Sequence record: PX068456.1
Strand: one strand, 5' to 3'
Length of the DNA: 64,000 bases
Origin: a phage
The notes beneath the pieces were generated by a model, which had not been told where the DNA came from, did not search any database, and was given only the letters and a program-made list of their open reading frames with translations. The position numbers and the translations under genes were made by a program. Positions 52,632 to 62,456 of the stretch are shown here, piece after piece; the first letter of the stretch is position 1; each line of letters starts with the position of its first letter.

Positions 52632-55451
52632 TTAGTCGTAATATTTCAAACCTGTAATAAAGACTGATCCCCAATCGTACAAGCTGGAGTAGTTTATTGT
52701 CCAAGTAGATGCCGTACCAGAGAATACGTCACGAACAACGTCTCCGTTGGAATAGTAAACATCCACACCAGTATGTCCGTTCCTTGGTATAGTGAAGGAT
52801 ACTCCTCCTAAATTTCCAGGATACGTGCAGACATAAGGCGATCCAGCTTTTGATGTTTCTCCTGTAGAAGCACCTTCAAGCTGTGGCAACCAAACTGCAA
52901 GGTTACTAGTACCATCCCCAGCGAAAATCTCCGCACCAGTTGCATCCAAGGCAATTATTTCAAAACTTATGGAGGACTGTTTGGCTATCCCTGTTTTATG
53001 CAGAATAGCACGATACCAACCGTTGCCCATAGATATAATATTAGCTTCACTTCCTGTGAATGTACCTGCTGCTAAATCAAAAGTACCCTCATTAACTTCA
53101 GTTCCTGCTTTTAATCTTAGTTTGGCCTTAGTAATCCCGTTCGCTTTCAAGAAAACAGAGGCAGACCAGTTACGTCCGGCAGATATGTTGTACGCGTTAG
53201 TATATGTTGCAGTTAAGATATGACTACCAGAGGTTGTAGTCGGAGTTAATTTGAATACATTAGCAGTAGTTCCAGCCGGAGAGTTATCAGATGAAGCTGC
53301 AACAGTTAAGTTGGTCTTTACCCACGGGCTTGCACTTGTTAAGGCGTTGTTGACAAAAATTTGTGTAGCTGTGTTAGCTGTTACACGTCTACCTACAGGG
53401 GTAGTGCCAACATACTCCAACGGAGCAACCAAGGTGTTAGTGGCTACAAGTGTATCTCCAGAAGCACGAGCAAAAGAGTTCCCACCATTAACCTTAACAT
53501 CTGATGGAAGAGTTTCTTGCGTCAAATCATAGTCCATCACGACAGGTTTATCTTCTACTTTTCCTGCTGTAACGCTAACATTAAAACGTACTAAAGGAGA
53601 TAACACATCATTTGCTTCGTCATAATATGCAACATCAAATATCGTAGTACCTGCTGCAAAACCATATTGTTCTACTTGATCTGCATAGGTAAACGTATAA
53701 CTGTTCGTATTAAGCGTTTGTTCAGTTAATACAGATGCTGTTAAGACGTTAATATTACGGAAGTAGTGTTTACTATAACCTTGAGCATCCCATGCTAAGA
53801 TTGTATCTTGATTAGGTTGGGAAGTAGCTGTTGCTCCAGTTGGAACAGCCATATCAACCCAAACAGGTGACGTTGATGTTAGGTCTGTACCGTCTGCTGC
53901 TGATTTAGCAAGTTTTGTAGCTGCTGTCTGGTATACAGAAGAAATATAATGGATACGACCATCAATACCTTCTTCATAAACATAACCACTGTAACGTTCA
54001 GCACCATCTACCCAAGAACCAATGATAACATCATCACGTGCCGTAGAGATGGCTCTTTGTACATTTCTGTATTTCTGCCAATCCACACCATTAACTTCTA
54101 CACCATATAGATAAGAACGTCCTAGGATCTGCCAAACAATTTTTGCTTGAGAAGCAGGAACTATTGTACGCATCTTATCAAAGATAGCTATCGTAGCATC
54201 ATGGTAACGTGTAGTGTTACTGTATCTACCTGCAACAGTCGAAGATGCTGATACAGCATCATTTTCACCTTGTCCCCAAATAATCGCTTTAACCTTACTT
54301 GCATAAGGTGTGACTTTAGTGATAAAGTTAGTTAAGCATGGCCCGTCTGCTGTGTTATCCAGATCATACCAGTAGTTGTCTGGTGTACCTGTTCCGGCTT
54401 TATCATCTGCATATTTATCTGCTGCTGACGATCCAGAAGCTGTATTTAACGGGAGAACTTCAGCATTTGCTAAACCACGTTGCGTAGCATATGCATTACG
54501 GGCTGTTGTGCTACTCATTGCTGCTTTATTTGCACCAGATAGTTCTGTAAAGTGTGCATTTACGTTATCTTGTCCAGCAAAGACAATAACTTCTTTAATG
54601 AATGAATCATCTGTAGCTATTGAGTTATTAAAGATAACGGGTGCTGCTTTGGTGCTCTTAACGCTAATTTTAAGGTATGTTGGAGCAAACCCATAAAGAG
54701 GAATAGAGTCAGAGATATCAAAGTAAGCGTAAGTATTCGTGGTTGTTGTAGTCCACTGGACACTGTTATTACTTAAATCTAATACTTCTACAGTATAAGT
54801 ATCACCATCTAGCGGATCAGCTACATCCCAAGCAACACGAACGTCTCCGTAGCTGTTTGCCACGGCTGTTACATTAGAAATAACAGGAACAGCATTAACA
54901 CCTAAATAAGAACTATCAGAGGCCACCACTGTTCCTTGATAAGTTGCAGTGCAACCTATACGGCAACTGCCATCTTTAAGAGCAGTTATTAATCCTGTAG
55001 GACTTACAGTAGCTACTTCTGGATCTGTTGTGGTGTACGTAATTACCATATCTGGAAGGTCTTTAGCACCTTCTGGACTGATTGTAGCAACCAATTGTTG
55101 AGTAGTTCCTGCATCCATAGCAGACAGACTTTCAGTGTACACACTTAATTCTGAAGCATAGCCACCAGATTGATCAGTTAAGACAGCACCTAAATTATTT
55201 TTAGCTGTCATTATTGCATCAAAACCGCCTTCAGCAACAAACTCCATCATACCGTTATTATCTATAACCATTTTGGTATTATCTGAAGATGAAAAAGCTA
55301 TATCAAATAACGCACCATCTTCCGGTGAAACTGTGTATGTCAGTTGCTTTTTACTACCAACTATTGCAATACCAATAGAGGAAGTGGTTATAGATGTAGC
55401 TGTTACTACTGAAGCTGATGTTGTTGACATAAATAAAGGAATAGGATACAT
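52632..55451 (-). CDS. tail fibre / structural protein with Ig-like (BIG2-type) domain and SGNH-esterase-like region
   Basis: 939 aa; BIG2-like TDPEVATVSPTGLITALKDGSC; FAGQDNVNAHF and WGQGENDA resemble sialate O-acetylesterase motifs. Confidence 0.5.
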   Translation of the reverse strand: MYPIPLFMSTTSASVVTATSITTSSIGIAIVGSKKQLTYTVSPEDGALFDIAFSSSDNTKMVIDNNGMMEFVAEGGFDAIMTAKNNLGAVLTDQSGGYASELSVYTESLSAMDAGTTQQLVATISPEGAKDLPDMVITYTTTDPEVATVSPTGLITALKDGSCRIGCTATYQGTVVASDSSYLGVNAVPVISNVTAVANSYGDVRVAWDVADPLDGDTYTVEVLDLSNNSVQWTTTTTNTYAYFDISDSIPLYGFAPTYLKISVKSTKAAPVIFNNSIATDDSFIKEVIVFAGQDNVNAHFTELSGANKAAMSSTTARNAYATQRGLANAEVLPLNTASGSSAADKYADDKAGTGTPDNYWYDLDNTADGPCLTNFITKVTPYASKVKAIIWGQGENDAVSASSTVAGRYSNTTRYHDATIAIFDKMRTIVPASQAKIVWQILGRSYLYGVEVNGVDWQKYRNVQRAISTARDDVIIGSWVDGAERYSGYVYEEGIDGRIHYISSVYQTAATKLAKSAADGTDLTSTSPVWVDMAVPTGATATSQPNQDTILAWDAQGYSKHYFRNINVLTASVLTEQTLNTNSYTFTYADQVEQYGFAAGTTIFDVAYYDEANDVLSPLVRFNVSVTAGKVEDKPVVMDYDLTQETLPSDVKVNGGNSFARASGDTLVATNTLVAPLEYVGTTPVGRRVTANTATQIFVNNALTSASPWVKTNLTVAASSDNSPAGTTANVFKLTPTTTSGSHILTATYTNAYNISAGRNWSASVFLKANGITKAKLRLKAGTEVNEGTFDLAAGTFTGSEANIISMGNGWYRAILHKTGIAKQSSISFEIIALDATGAEIFAGDGTSNLAVWLPQLEGASTGETSKAGSPYVCTYPGNLGGVSFTIPRNGHTGVDVYYSNGDVVRDVFSGTASTWTINYSSLYDWGSVFITGLKYYD

Positions 55452-55469
55452 TTAATCTCCTTAAATAAT

Positions 55470-55488
55470 AAGCCCCCGAAGGGGCTTT
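55470..55488 (-). terminator. hairpin AAGCCCCcgaaGGGGCTTT between late genes
   Basis: GC stem. Confidence 0.4.
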
Positions 55489-55490
55489 GA

Positions 55491-57461
55491 TTATGTGCGT
55501 TTAGCAACAATAGCATCCACGTAATCGCCAACACCACAATATGTTAGTTGTAGTATTGTTACTCCGTTAGGATCTGTATTAATATCACTAGAACCAATTA
55601 CTTTGTAAGATGGATCTAAAGTAACAGTACGACCTCCAGTGGCATCTTGGATAAGATAAACTATTGCAGAGAATGGTTTAGGTTTTGTACTATCTTCGAC
55701 ACCAGGCCATGCTTTTATAGTAGCGTTACCAGTAAGATTCAACACATTCATGTTATGTGTTCCTGGAGGTGTCCAGTCACCTGTAACAGAATTGTTGGTA
55801 TATGCTGTAACCTCTATAAAATTAGTTGTTACTTTTGTTGGAACTATATCTTGACCATCTACAGAATTAGTGAGTTCTTCCCATGCCCCATCTTTACGAG
55901 CATAAGTCTTACCATCACTAGGTGCATCTGTGATACTAGGTAGTGTACCTTGAGAAGTCCAGACCGTTGCAGATGTTTTTAAGAACACCTCGCCAGTGGA
56001 GATATTAAAGGCATAATCACCTTGTTTACCATCACTAGAGATTGGATCTGTTGTTTTAACAATCCAAGTTGCACCGTCTGTACCGTTAGTACCAGCGTCA
56101 CCTTTCTCACCTTTTTCACCCTTATCACCTTTCAAACTACCCATATCTACATATTCAGCAGTTTGAGTTTGTTCATTATAGGTGTAAATGTAAAGATGAC
56201 CTGTATCTTCCGTCAGATAAGCATCACCGTAATTGGCTGTAGGAGGAAGCGCACTTGCAGACGCAACGTGTCCTTTTGCAGTGATTGGAGTACCAGCTAA
56301 ACGACCAACATTTGTCCACTCTGTGGCTCCTTGCAACCAGACCCAAAGTTCACTATTGATCAGATAACCATCACCCTCTTCTCCAGTTTGTGGTAGTTCA
56401 GAAGTGTTAGTCAGAATGTCAATAATGGTCAACCCTGCACCAGTTGGCCCCGTCAAGCCTTGTATACCCTGTTCACCTTGATCACCCTTGTCTCCCTTAT
56501 CACCTTTTTCTCCTTTCAGAGAGGCAATATATTCGTCAATAGTACCAACGTTACCAGCATTTAACCAGACTTGATAAGCTGAATCACCAGTGTTACCCTT
56601 ATCTCCTTTGTCGCCTTTATCTCCTTTTGGCCCCACTATAGCACCCATATTAATCCATTCTACACCGTTTGACACGTATAGATATGTACCAACACTCCAT
56701 GCTTGAGATGTGTTTCCATGAGATGCAGAAGGAAGATCTGAAACGGAATTAGCTGCGCCTTGGTAATCAAAACCATTAGCATTGTTACCTGGCACACCTT
56801 GTGGCCCCTCTGGGCCAGGCTCCCCTTTATCACCTTTAATTGAAGCAAGATAGTCTAGTTCTGTACCTTCATTTCCTGCTGCAAGCCATACTTCATAAGC
56901 AGATTTACCTTCTGGCCCCTGTGAGTTTACTTTTCTCCAAGCAGTACCATCCCAAGCATACATATTCTCGCCTACAATCCATGCATCCCCTGCATTGTTT
57001 CCACTTGTAGGTAATTGGTTGGTATTAGATAGTGTCCCTAATAGCTTTAATGGAGCACCTGGATCACCTTTTAAAGAAGCCAACCACTGTGTCTCAGTAC
57101 CTTGGAAACCATTGTCTACGGCAATCTGGTAAGCTGATTTACCAGCTTCTGGGATGGATTCTCTAAGATCTTCAATTTCAGCTTCAATAGCATCTAATTC
57201 TGATTCTATTTGAGCAATGTCATCTGCATTACCCACATTTTTCCAAGCTGTATCTGAAATCCCTCCAGTAGATGTAGGAGTAGAGTTAGCAGGTACAACT
57301 TTAGGTAGAGAACCTTTCCACTGATAGTAGTTACCGTCAGCTTCAAAGAGCAATGCTTCACGAGCATCTCTTAAGGTAAAACCACTTGCAAAACTTCTAC
57401 GCTTTCTATAGCGAGACTCTACCATGTCTGCAATGGCACTATTTGGACGTGTTAAAATCAC
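55491..57461 (-). CDS. tail fibre protein with collagen-like Gly-X-Y repeats and repeated fibre modules
   Basis: GDKGDKGDKG / KGEKGDKGDKGDQGEQG runs; three copies of SAYQ.W...G..GT...Y.ASLKG module. Confidence 0.65.
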   Translation of the reverse strand: MILTRPNSAIADMVESRYRKRRSFASGFTLRDAREALLFEADGNYYQWKGSLPKVVPANSTPTSTGGISDTAWKNVGNADDIAQIESELDAIEAEIEDLRESIPEAGKSAYQIAVDNGFQGTETQWLASLKGDPGAPLKLLGTLSNTNQLPTSGNNAGDAWIVGENMYAWDGTAWRKVNSQGPEGKSAYEVWLAAGNEGTELDYLASIKGDKGEPGPEGPQGVPGNNANGFDYQGAANSVSDLPSASHGNTSQAWSVGTYLYVSNGVEWINMGAIVGPKGDKGDKGDKGNTGDSAYQVWLNAGNVGTIDEYIASLKGEKGDKGDKGDQGEQGIQGLTGPTGAGLTIIDILTNTSELPQTGEEGDGYLINSELWVWLQGATEWTNVGRLAGTPITAKGHVASASALPPTANYGDAYLTEDTGHLYIYTYNEQTQTAEYVDMGSLKGDKGEKGEKGDAGTNGTDGATWIVKTTDPISSDGKQGDYAFNISTGEVFLKTSATVWTSQGTLPSITDAPSDGKTYARKDGAWEELTNSVDGQDIVPTKVTTNFIEVTAYTNNSVTGDWTPPGTHNMNVLNLTGNATIKAWPGVEDSTKPKPFSAIVYLIQDATGGRTVTLDPSYKVIGSSDINTDPNGVTILQLTYCGVGDYVDAIVAKRT

Positions 57462-57477
57462 TTTACTACTCCTTTTA

Positions 57478-57500
57478 TAAAGGGGCTTTCGCCCCTTTTA
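57478..57500 (-). terminator. hairpin AAAGGGGCtttcGCCCCTTTT between late genes
   Basis: GC stem plus T-run. Confidence 0.45.
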
Positions 57501-57501
57501 A

Positions 57502-59916
57502 TTAAGCATTATTGACAGTAACAAAAGTAACAGGGTTCAGAGCTTTAATTTGTGTATTCTCTGCTGTAGGTGTTACAATTGGATCTGCAATATCTATTGT
57601 GTACAAACTATTTGTCACATATGTAGCACGTGCTATAGTTGTCACAAGATCGCCGCCATTTGCACCTGCACCTGGAATAACAATCTTAGTACCTGCTGCT
57701 TTAGCGTAGCCATTACTAGCCCAGTTTAAAGCATTAGACTGTAGATAGGTTTGACCTGTAACAGTTGCTTTTATTTTCTCGTTGTCACTAAAGAAAGCAC
57801 CACCTACTGTAACAACATGTTTTTTACCGCTGGCACAATGAATAACTGTTCCAGTAGGGAAGTCACGCCCACCTGGGAATTCATCATAATCTGTAAAATA
57901 TTGTTCAGAAATAGTGGTTAAAACTGGCCCACGATGACCTGTACCATCAACAGCAGTTGGAACACCAAAGTTATTTCCAACCTGATCGCAACGATCCGTG
58001 TAGATTTTAGCAAAGGAAACTGTTGTTTCATCTCCGCTAAGTGCTGTACATCCTACCCACTTCATATATGTGAATTGGCTGCGAGCATAGAAACCGCCAC
58101 CACTTCCTTCTCCGCTTCCGTGTTGACCAATAAAGTCAATACTACGGCAACGAATATTATTAAAAGTAGAGCTAGATGGTAGCCCACGCCATTTAAAATC
58201 ATTACAATTGATGTTACTAACAATTGTAGAGTTTTCCCAGGCGTCTGATCCAGCCGTTGCAATCTCAATCGAAGATTCTGGAATATCCAAATTCTTAATT
58301 GTAAAGTTAATTGGTGGCCCCGCATATCTTCCACCGTTAACACCCCAGTCAATAAAGACCATGCGTGTTGAAACAGACGGATCATTAAGCAGATAACCAG
58401 TTAAACCATCAACTTCAAAGTCTTGGCATCCGTATAATGCAACACCACAAGTAGTTAAACCTGTACCTGTTGAAACTGCTGTGTTAGGATAAACTTCGTT
58501 ATCACGTATTGTGAAGTTTTTACCCATTTCAACGTGTAGACATTGACGGCAATTGTAAACTCTATTTCCAACGATACTGAAGTTACGTACATATTGTGAA
58601 TCAGGAGCATCAACACCATATGGGCCACTACCTGCTACACCAATACCAATACCCCAGTTTGCACCTTGTCCAGAAGCATCTACGTTAGCAATGTGGTTAT
58701 TCTCGATGATCAAACCTTCAGTGTAGTGTCTTTGAACTACGTTAAGTTCAATAGCATCACCTTTAATATCGTGAATATAGTTGTTAGAGTAACGCCCATA
58801 GGTCATTACTTCTCCAGTACCTTGTTGCAGGATCGCATATTTACAACCATACATTTCGTTGTAACTGAAGTCCAACGTACCTTCACTTGTCATTGCTTGC
58901 ATTAAGAATGCTGCTGTAGATGTTGCGTTGGAGAAGATATTACGATAGAATCGGCAATCACCACCTAACATCTTAACATAACATTTTTCAAAGCGAACGT
59001 TTTCAATCCAACAGGACACAGTAGAAATCATTGTTCCACCGTTACCAGTGAATGTACCACCATACCAACGAATACCAGACATAGCAATTGAGCTTGTGAA
59101 TCTATAATTCTTATCTGCTCGTACTTGAATGTTATTCGTGTTAGCGAAAGTAATGGTTTTTAGAATTGCTTGAGTATCATCGGTAACTCCATCACCAATT
59201 GCACCAAACTGCTCAGGCGTTACAAAGTATTGAGCTTGTAACAGGTTGCCTCCAGATGGAAGACCAACCATTGCTGCACCAGTGGTAGATGACAAAAGGT
59301 TTTTCTCTACGTAAGAAGTAGAGGCTGTTGTTTTACCAATAAAAGCAAACAATTTGTTAGGTAGACCAGTAGACGGATCTAAACCTAATGGTTCTGCCAG
59401 AATAATTTTACTATCTTTGATAGTAAATGCTTCACCCTGAATCTGAATTACACCGTTAATGGTGACAATAGCATTATCAAAGATATAAGGAGGACTGATT
59501 TCTGTTTCATATCCTGTAGCACCTTTAAAATACCAAGGATACACATCTGAAGCTAACTGTTCAGTTTTAAGAGCATACAGAGTCCAGTTACTGTCTCCTA
59601 CAGGTGTACCCTGCATAGGTACAGGGTTCGCAGTAGTGGCAGATGGAGCATAGTAGTACCCACTCAAGATACCGTTTTCAAAATAACGTAACTGGTTAAA
59701 TACAGTTTCAGTTGATCCTGCTGACCAAGCAACAGGACTCTTAAAGAAGAAGTTATCAACAAGTGCTTTACGCAGTGTAGGTATTAAACCTGTTTCGGTT
59801 TCTACAGTTGCTGTAGCATCCCCGTTAATAACATCATGCATCTGGTTAGACGAGAATATAACCAGATCAACACCTTGTTCTAGTGTCGTAGCAGGATATG
59901 TTGGAAAATTCGCCAT
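57502..59916 (-). CDS. tail spike / tail fibre protein (804 aa, beta-rich)
   Basis: size, composition and position among fibre genes; no enzymatic motif confirmed. Confidence 0.5.
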   Translation of the reverse strand: MANFPTYPATTLEQGVDLVIFSSNQMHDVINGDATATVETETGLIPTLRKALVDNFFFKSPVAWSAGSTETVFNQLRYFENGILSGYYYAPSATTANPVPMQGTPVGDSNWTLYALKTEQLASDVYPWYFKGATGYETEISPPYIFDNAIVTINGVIQIQGEAFTIKDSKIILAEPLGLDPSTGLPNKLFAFIGKTTASTSYVEKNLLSSTTGAAMVGLPSGGNLLQAQYFVTPEQFGAIGDGVTDDTQAILKTITFANTNNIQVRADKNYRFTSSIAMSGIRWYGGTFTGNGGTMISTVSCWIENVRFEKCYVKMLGGDCRFYRNIFSNATSTAAFLMQAMTSEGTLDFSYNEMYGCKYAILQQGTGEVMTYGRYSNNYIHDIKGDAIELNVVQRHYTEGLIIENNHIANVDASGQGANWGIGIGVAGSGPYGVDAPDSQYVRNFSIVGNRVYNCRQCLHVEMGKNFTIRDNEVYPNTAVSTGTGLTTCGVALYGCQDFEVDGLTGYLLNDPSVSTRMVFIDWGVNGGRYAGPPINFTIKNLDIPESSIEIATAGSDAWENSTIVSNINCNDFKWRGLPSSSTFNNIRCRSIDFIGQHGSGEGSGGGFYARSQFTYMKWVGCTALSGDETTVSFAKIYTDRCDQVGNNFGVPTAVDGTGHRGPVLTTISEQYFTDYDEFPGGRDFPTGTVIHCASGKKHVVTVGGAFFSDNEKIKATVTGQTYLQSNALNWASNGYAKAAGTKIVIPGAGANGGDLVTTIARATYVTNSLYTIDIADPIVTPTAENTQIKALNPVTFVTVNNA

Positions 59917-60257
59917 TAATTTTTGTCCTTACTTTGTGTGCGCTTCGTAATCTCCTCTAGCATTAATTGAACAGGAGCATTTTTTAAATCCATTATTTTT
60001 TCAATCTTCTGTTCTAAGGCAGTATTATTTGCCATTAATGTAGAGTTGATCTGGTTAAGCATTTGAGCAAGTTCTGCTTTGGTAGCATAAGTGGATTCAA
60101 CAAACACCAACTTCTTTTCTAGTTCACGGTATTTGTCTTCCATTTTATCCAAATCACTTGCTATATCATCTATCTTCTGTTTGAAGACCACCCAGATTAC
60201 ACCAATAAGAGGGATAATCGCCTCTTTAGCGATATCCCATACTTCTGTTAGCTCCAT
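59916..60257 (-). CDS. hypothetical coiled-coil protein (113 aa)
   Basis: ORF track; coupled to downstream gene. Confidence 0.45.
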   Translation of the reverse strand: MELTEVWDIAKEAIIPLIGVIWVVFKQKIDDIASDLDKMEDKYRELEKKLVFVESTYATKAELAQMLNQINSTLMANNTALEQKIEKIMDLKNAPVQLMLEEITKRTQSKDKN

Positions 60258-60266
60258 ACATTACCC

Positions 60267-60818
60267 CTATTTCTTAGGTCTTGTAGGCCAAGTTATATTA
60301 GGTGCATCTTCAACGTTAATTTGAATCAGTGTTGCACGATATAGTTTAACTTTTCCTAACCAATCTTTTTGTTCTTCAGATAAACCTTGTAATTCCTCTA
60401 AATCTTGAATTGCAGATATTTGATTTGTGGCCCAAGTTAATTCTTTTTCCATTTTAAGGTTGGCATCTTCTATTGCAAACCCATTATGAGAAATAAACTT
60501 ACCATTGTCATATTTCCACGATCCTAGATTGCTTTCTTCTTCTATCTTATCTGGAACATTGTATGTTACAAGAACAGTAAGACCAGCGGGAAAATATGTA
60601 GAAACATCTTTCGTAGCTGCAACAACTACATTGTTGTGATCTAGAGTTAAGAAATAGGCATCAGGGTAATTTTTGGATAAATATTTCTGAATTTCGTACC
60701 AATCATTACCATCTTTATCTTTAAGAAAACCAGCACCTATTGAAAGATAGATGACATTTTCTTCTGTCAATTCTGGTTGATATAGTTCAAAGCCAGTGTA
60801 AATAACATCTTTTTTCAT
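60267..60818 (-). CDS. putative tail fibre assembly/structural protein (183 aa)
   Basis: ORF track; position. Confidence 0.35.
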   Translation of the reverse strand: MKKDVIYTGFELYQPELTEENVIYLSIGAGFLKDKDGNDWYEIQKYLSKNYPDAYFLTLDHNNVVVAATKDVSTYFPAGLTVLVTYNVPDKIEEESNLGSWKYDNGKFISHNGFAIEDANLKMEKELTWATNQISAIQDLEELQGLSEEQKDWLGKVKLYRATLIQINVEDAPNITWPTRPKK

Positions 60819-60830
60819 GTGTTCTCCTTA

Positions 60831-61811
60831 CTAAACGTTGGTTACTGTTATCCACCTACCATTAATGTAATATTGTAGTGGGGCAGACCAATACCAAGCA
60901 CCACGAAGTTCTTTCTTATCACCAAAACCCCAGCCTGTGATCACGTGACCAGCATAGAAAGGAGATTCAGATACACCAGCTTTAATACGTGTACCTAAAC
61001 GGATAGAAGACACAACAGAGGAAACTCTATTGTTAATGTTATTAATTTGGCCTTGCAAGTTACTATTAACGTTGTTAATATTATTTTGCAGTGTACTTTG
61101 CAATGAGTTTAGTCTTGAGTTAAGATAATCTAATCTTACAAGAGCATTACCATTGCCAGTATCTTGACCAGAATTAGAACGAGGATTGTCTATTAAAACA
61201 TAACCTGCATCATACAAACGGACTCCACAAGATGTTCCTCCAGTAGATGGATTTATTCTATAAATATAGAGTTGACCACCTGCACCTGGTTCAGAAGACA
61301 TATTGCCTACTGTTTGTCCATTATAGTTTCTAAAAAATAATGTTGCAGGATCTGTAGCACCTGTACCACAAGTGTAAATATCACCTGCATAGATAGCACC
61401 ACCATTATCACGCTTAACAAGGACATTCCCTACAACTTGGTTTGATGTTGCGTCTGTAATGTTAGCTGATAAGTGATTATGGCTGTTATCTACGACTTGA
61501 ATAGATAATGTTACAGCAGCATTACCATTCCATGTAACTTCACCTGTAGCATCACCTGCCATTGTAATTTTAGTACCGACTATAGGAAGATATGTAGTAG
61601 GCAATGTTGGGAAGAATTCATCTTGCATATAACGAATCCAAGACCCAATATTGTTTAAGATCCAGTTCATTTCTTCACAAGTCATAATCTGACCAAAGTC
61701 CATACCGACATTACGGATGGTTTCTTTTGGTCTAATCTTGTTTGTGTTTCCCGTTCCTGGGAGGGTTACTGTTTGTGTCGCCCAGTCAGGGTAGTATTGT
61801 GGCTTTGCCAT
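60831..61811 (-). CDS. putative baseplate/tail fibre protein (326 aa)
   Basis: ORF track; Asn/Gln-rich C-terminal repeats; position. Confidence 0.4.
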   Translation of the reverse strand: MAKPQYYPDWATQTVTLPGTGNTNKIRPKETIRNVGMDFGQIMTCEEMNWILNNIGSWIRYMQDEFFPTLPTTYLPIVGTKITMAGDATGEVTWNGNAAVTLSIQVVDNSHNHLSANITDATSNQVVGNVLVKRDNGGAIYAGDIYTCGTGATDPATLFFRNYNGQTVGNMSSEPGAGGQLYIYRINPSTGGTSCGVRLYDAGYVLIDNPRSNSGQDTGNGNALVRLDYLNSRLNSLQSTLQNNINNVNSNLQGQINNINNRVSSVVSSIRLGTRIKAGVSESPFYAGHVITGWGFGDKKELRGAWYWSAPLQYYINGRWITVTNV

Positions 61812-61824
61812 TAAGAGTAACTCC

Positions 61825-62454
61825 TTATTCTATTTGAGCTATCAGCATAGTCATTCGCCCTGTATCATCTCCTTCAGCCTCTGTGTAAAGAGAACCTAAA
61901 CCACCTATACCATGAGGTGGCTTTGTGGCATAATAGGAAGTGAAACCAAAGGCTGCACCCGCTTTCGCACCTAAGCGATAACTACTTAGGATCGGGAAAA
62001 CGTTAAGTAACTGTGCTACTGCCTGATCGGATTGTAGACACAAATTATAAAAGAATACGTCGAATGTTTTATTTAATCCAACGTATGTATTGATCGTTTC
62101 TTTTTCTGTTCCTGTAAAACGAGCGAACATATCAATGATATCATCTCGCGTACCAGAAGACGCAACACGATAAGCCCTGATTTTTAATATTGTACGATAC
62201 TCTTCATCCGTAGCACCATTTCTCTCCATCCCCATCTCTTCACCAATAAGATCTAAATACTTACCAGTTGCAGTAGAGATTAAGCGGTGTTTGGCAAGAT
62301 AGATCATTGCCTGATCTATCTTTTGTTTTTCGCTAGAAATGATATAGAGTAGTTTGACAATGTTCGGAGAAGATTTAAAATCTTCAATCAGTAGGTCTTT
62401 AACATCTTCATTGATACTATCCCACGTTGTCACATGGTCAACACTCACTGCCAT
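61825..62454 (-). CDS. putative baseplate protein (209 aa)
   Basis: ORF track; position next to baseplate J-like gene. Confidence 0.4.
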   Translation of the reverse strand: MAVSVDHVTTWDSINEDVKDLLIEDFKSSPNIVKLLYIISSEKQKIDQAMIYLAKHRLISTATGKYLDLIGEEMGMERNGATDEEYRTILKIRAYRVASSGTRDDIIDMFARFTGTEKETINTYVGLNKTFDVFFYNLCLQSDQAVAQLLNVFPILSSYRLGAKAGAAFGFTSYYATKPPHGIGGLGSLYTEAEGDDTGRMTMLIAQIE

Positions 62455-62456
62455 TT

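Noticed and set aside
52969-58905. Multiple short plus-strand ORFs inside the tail-fibre genes
   Set aside because: All lie antisense within long, well-supported minus-strand structural genes; shadow ORFs.
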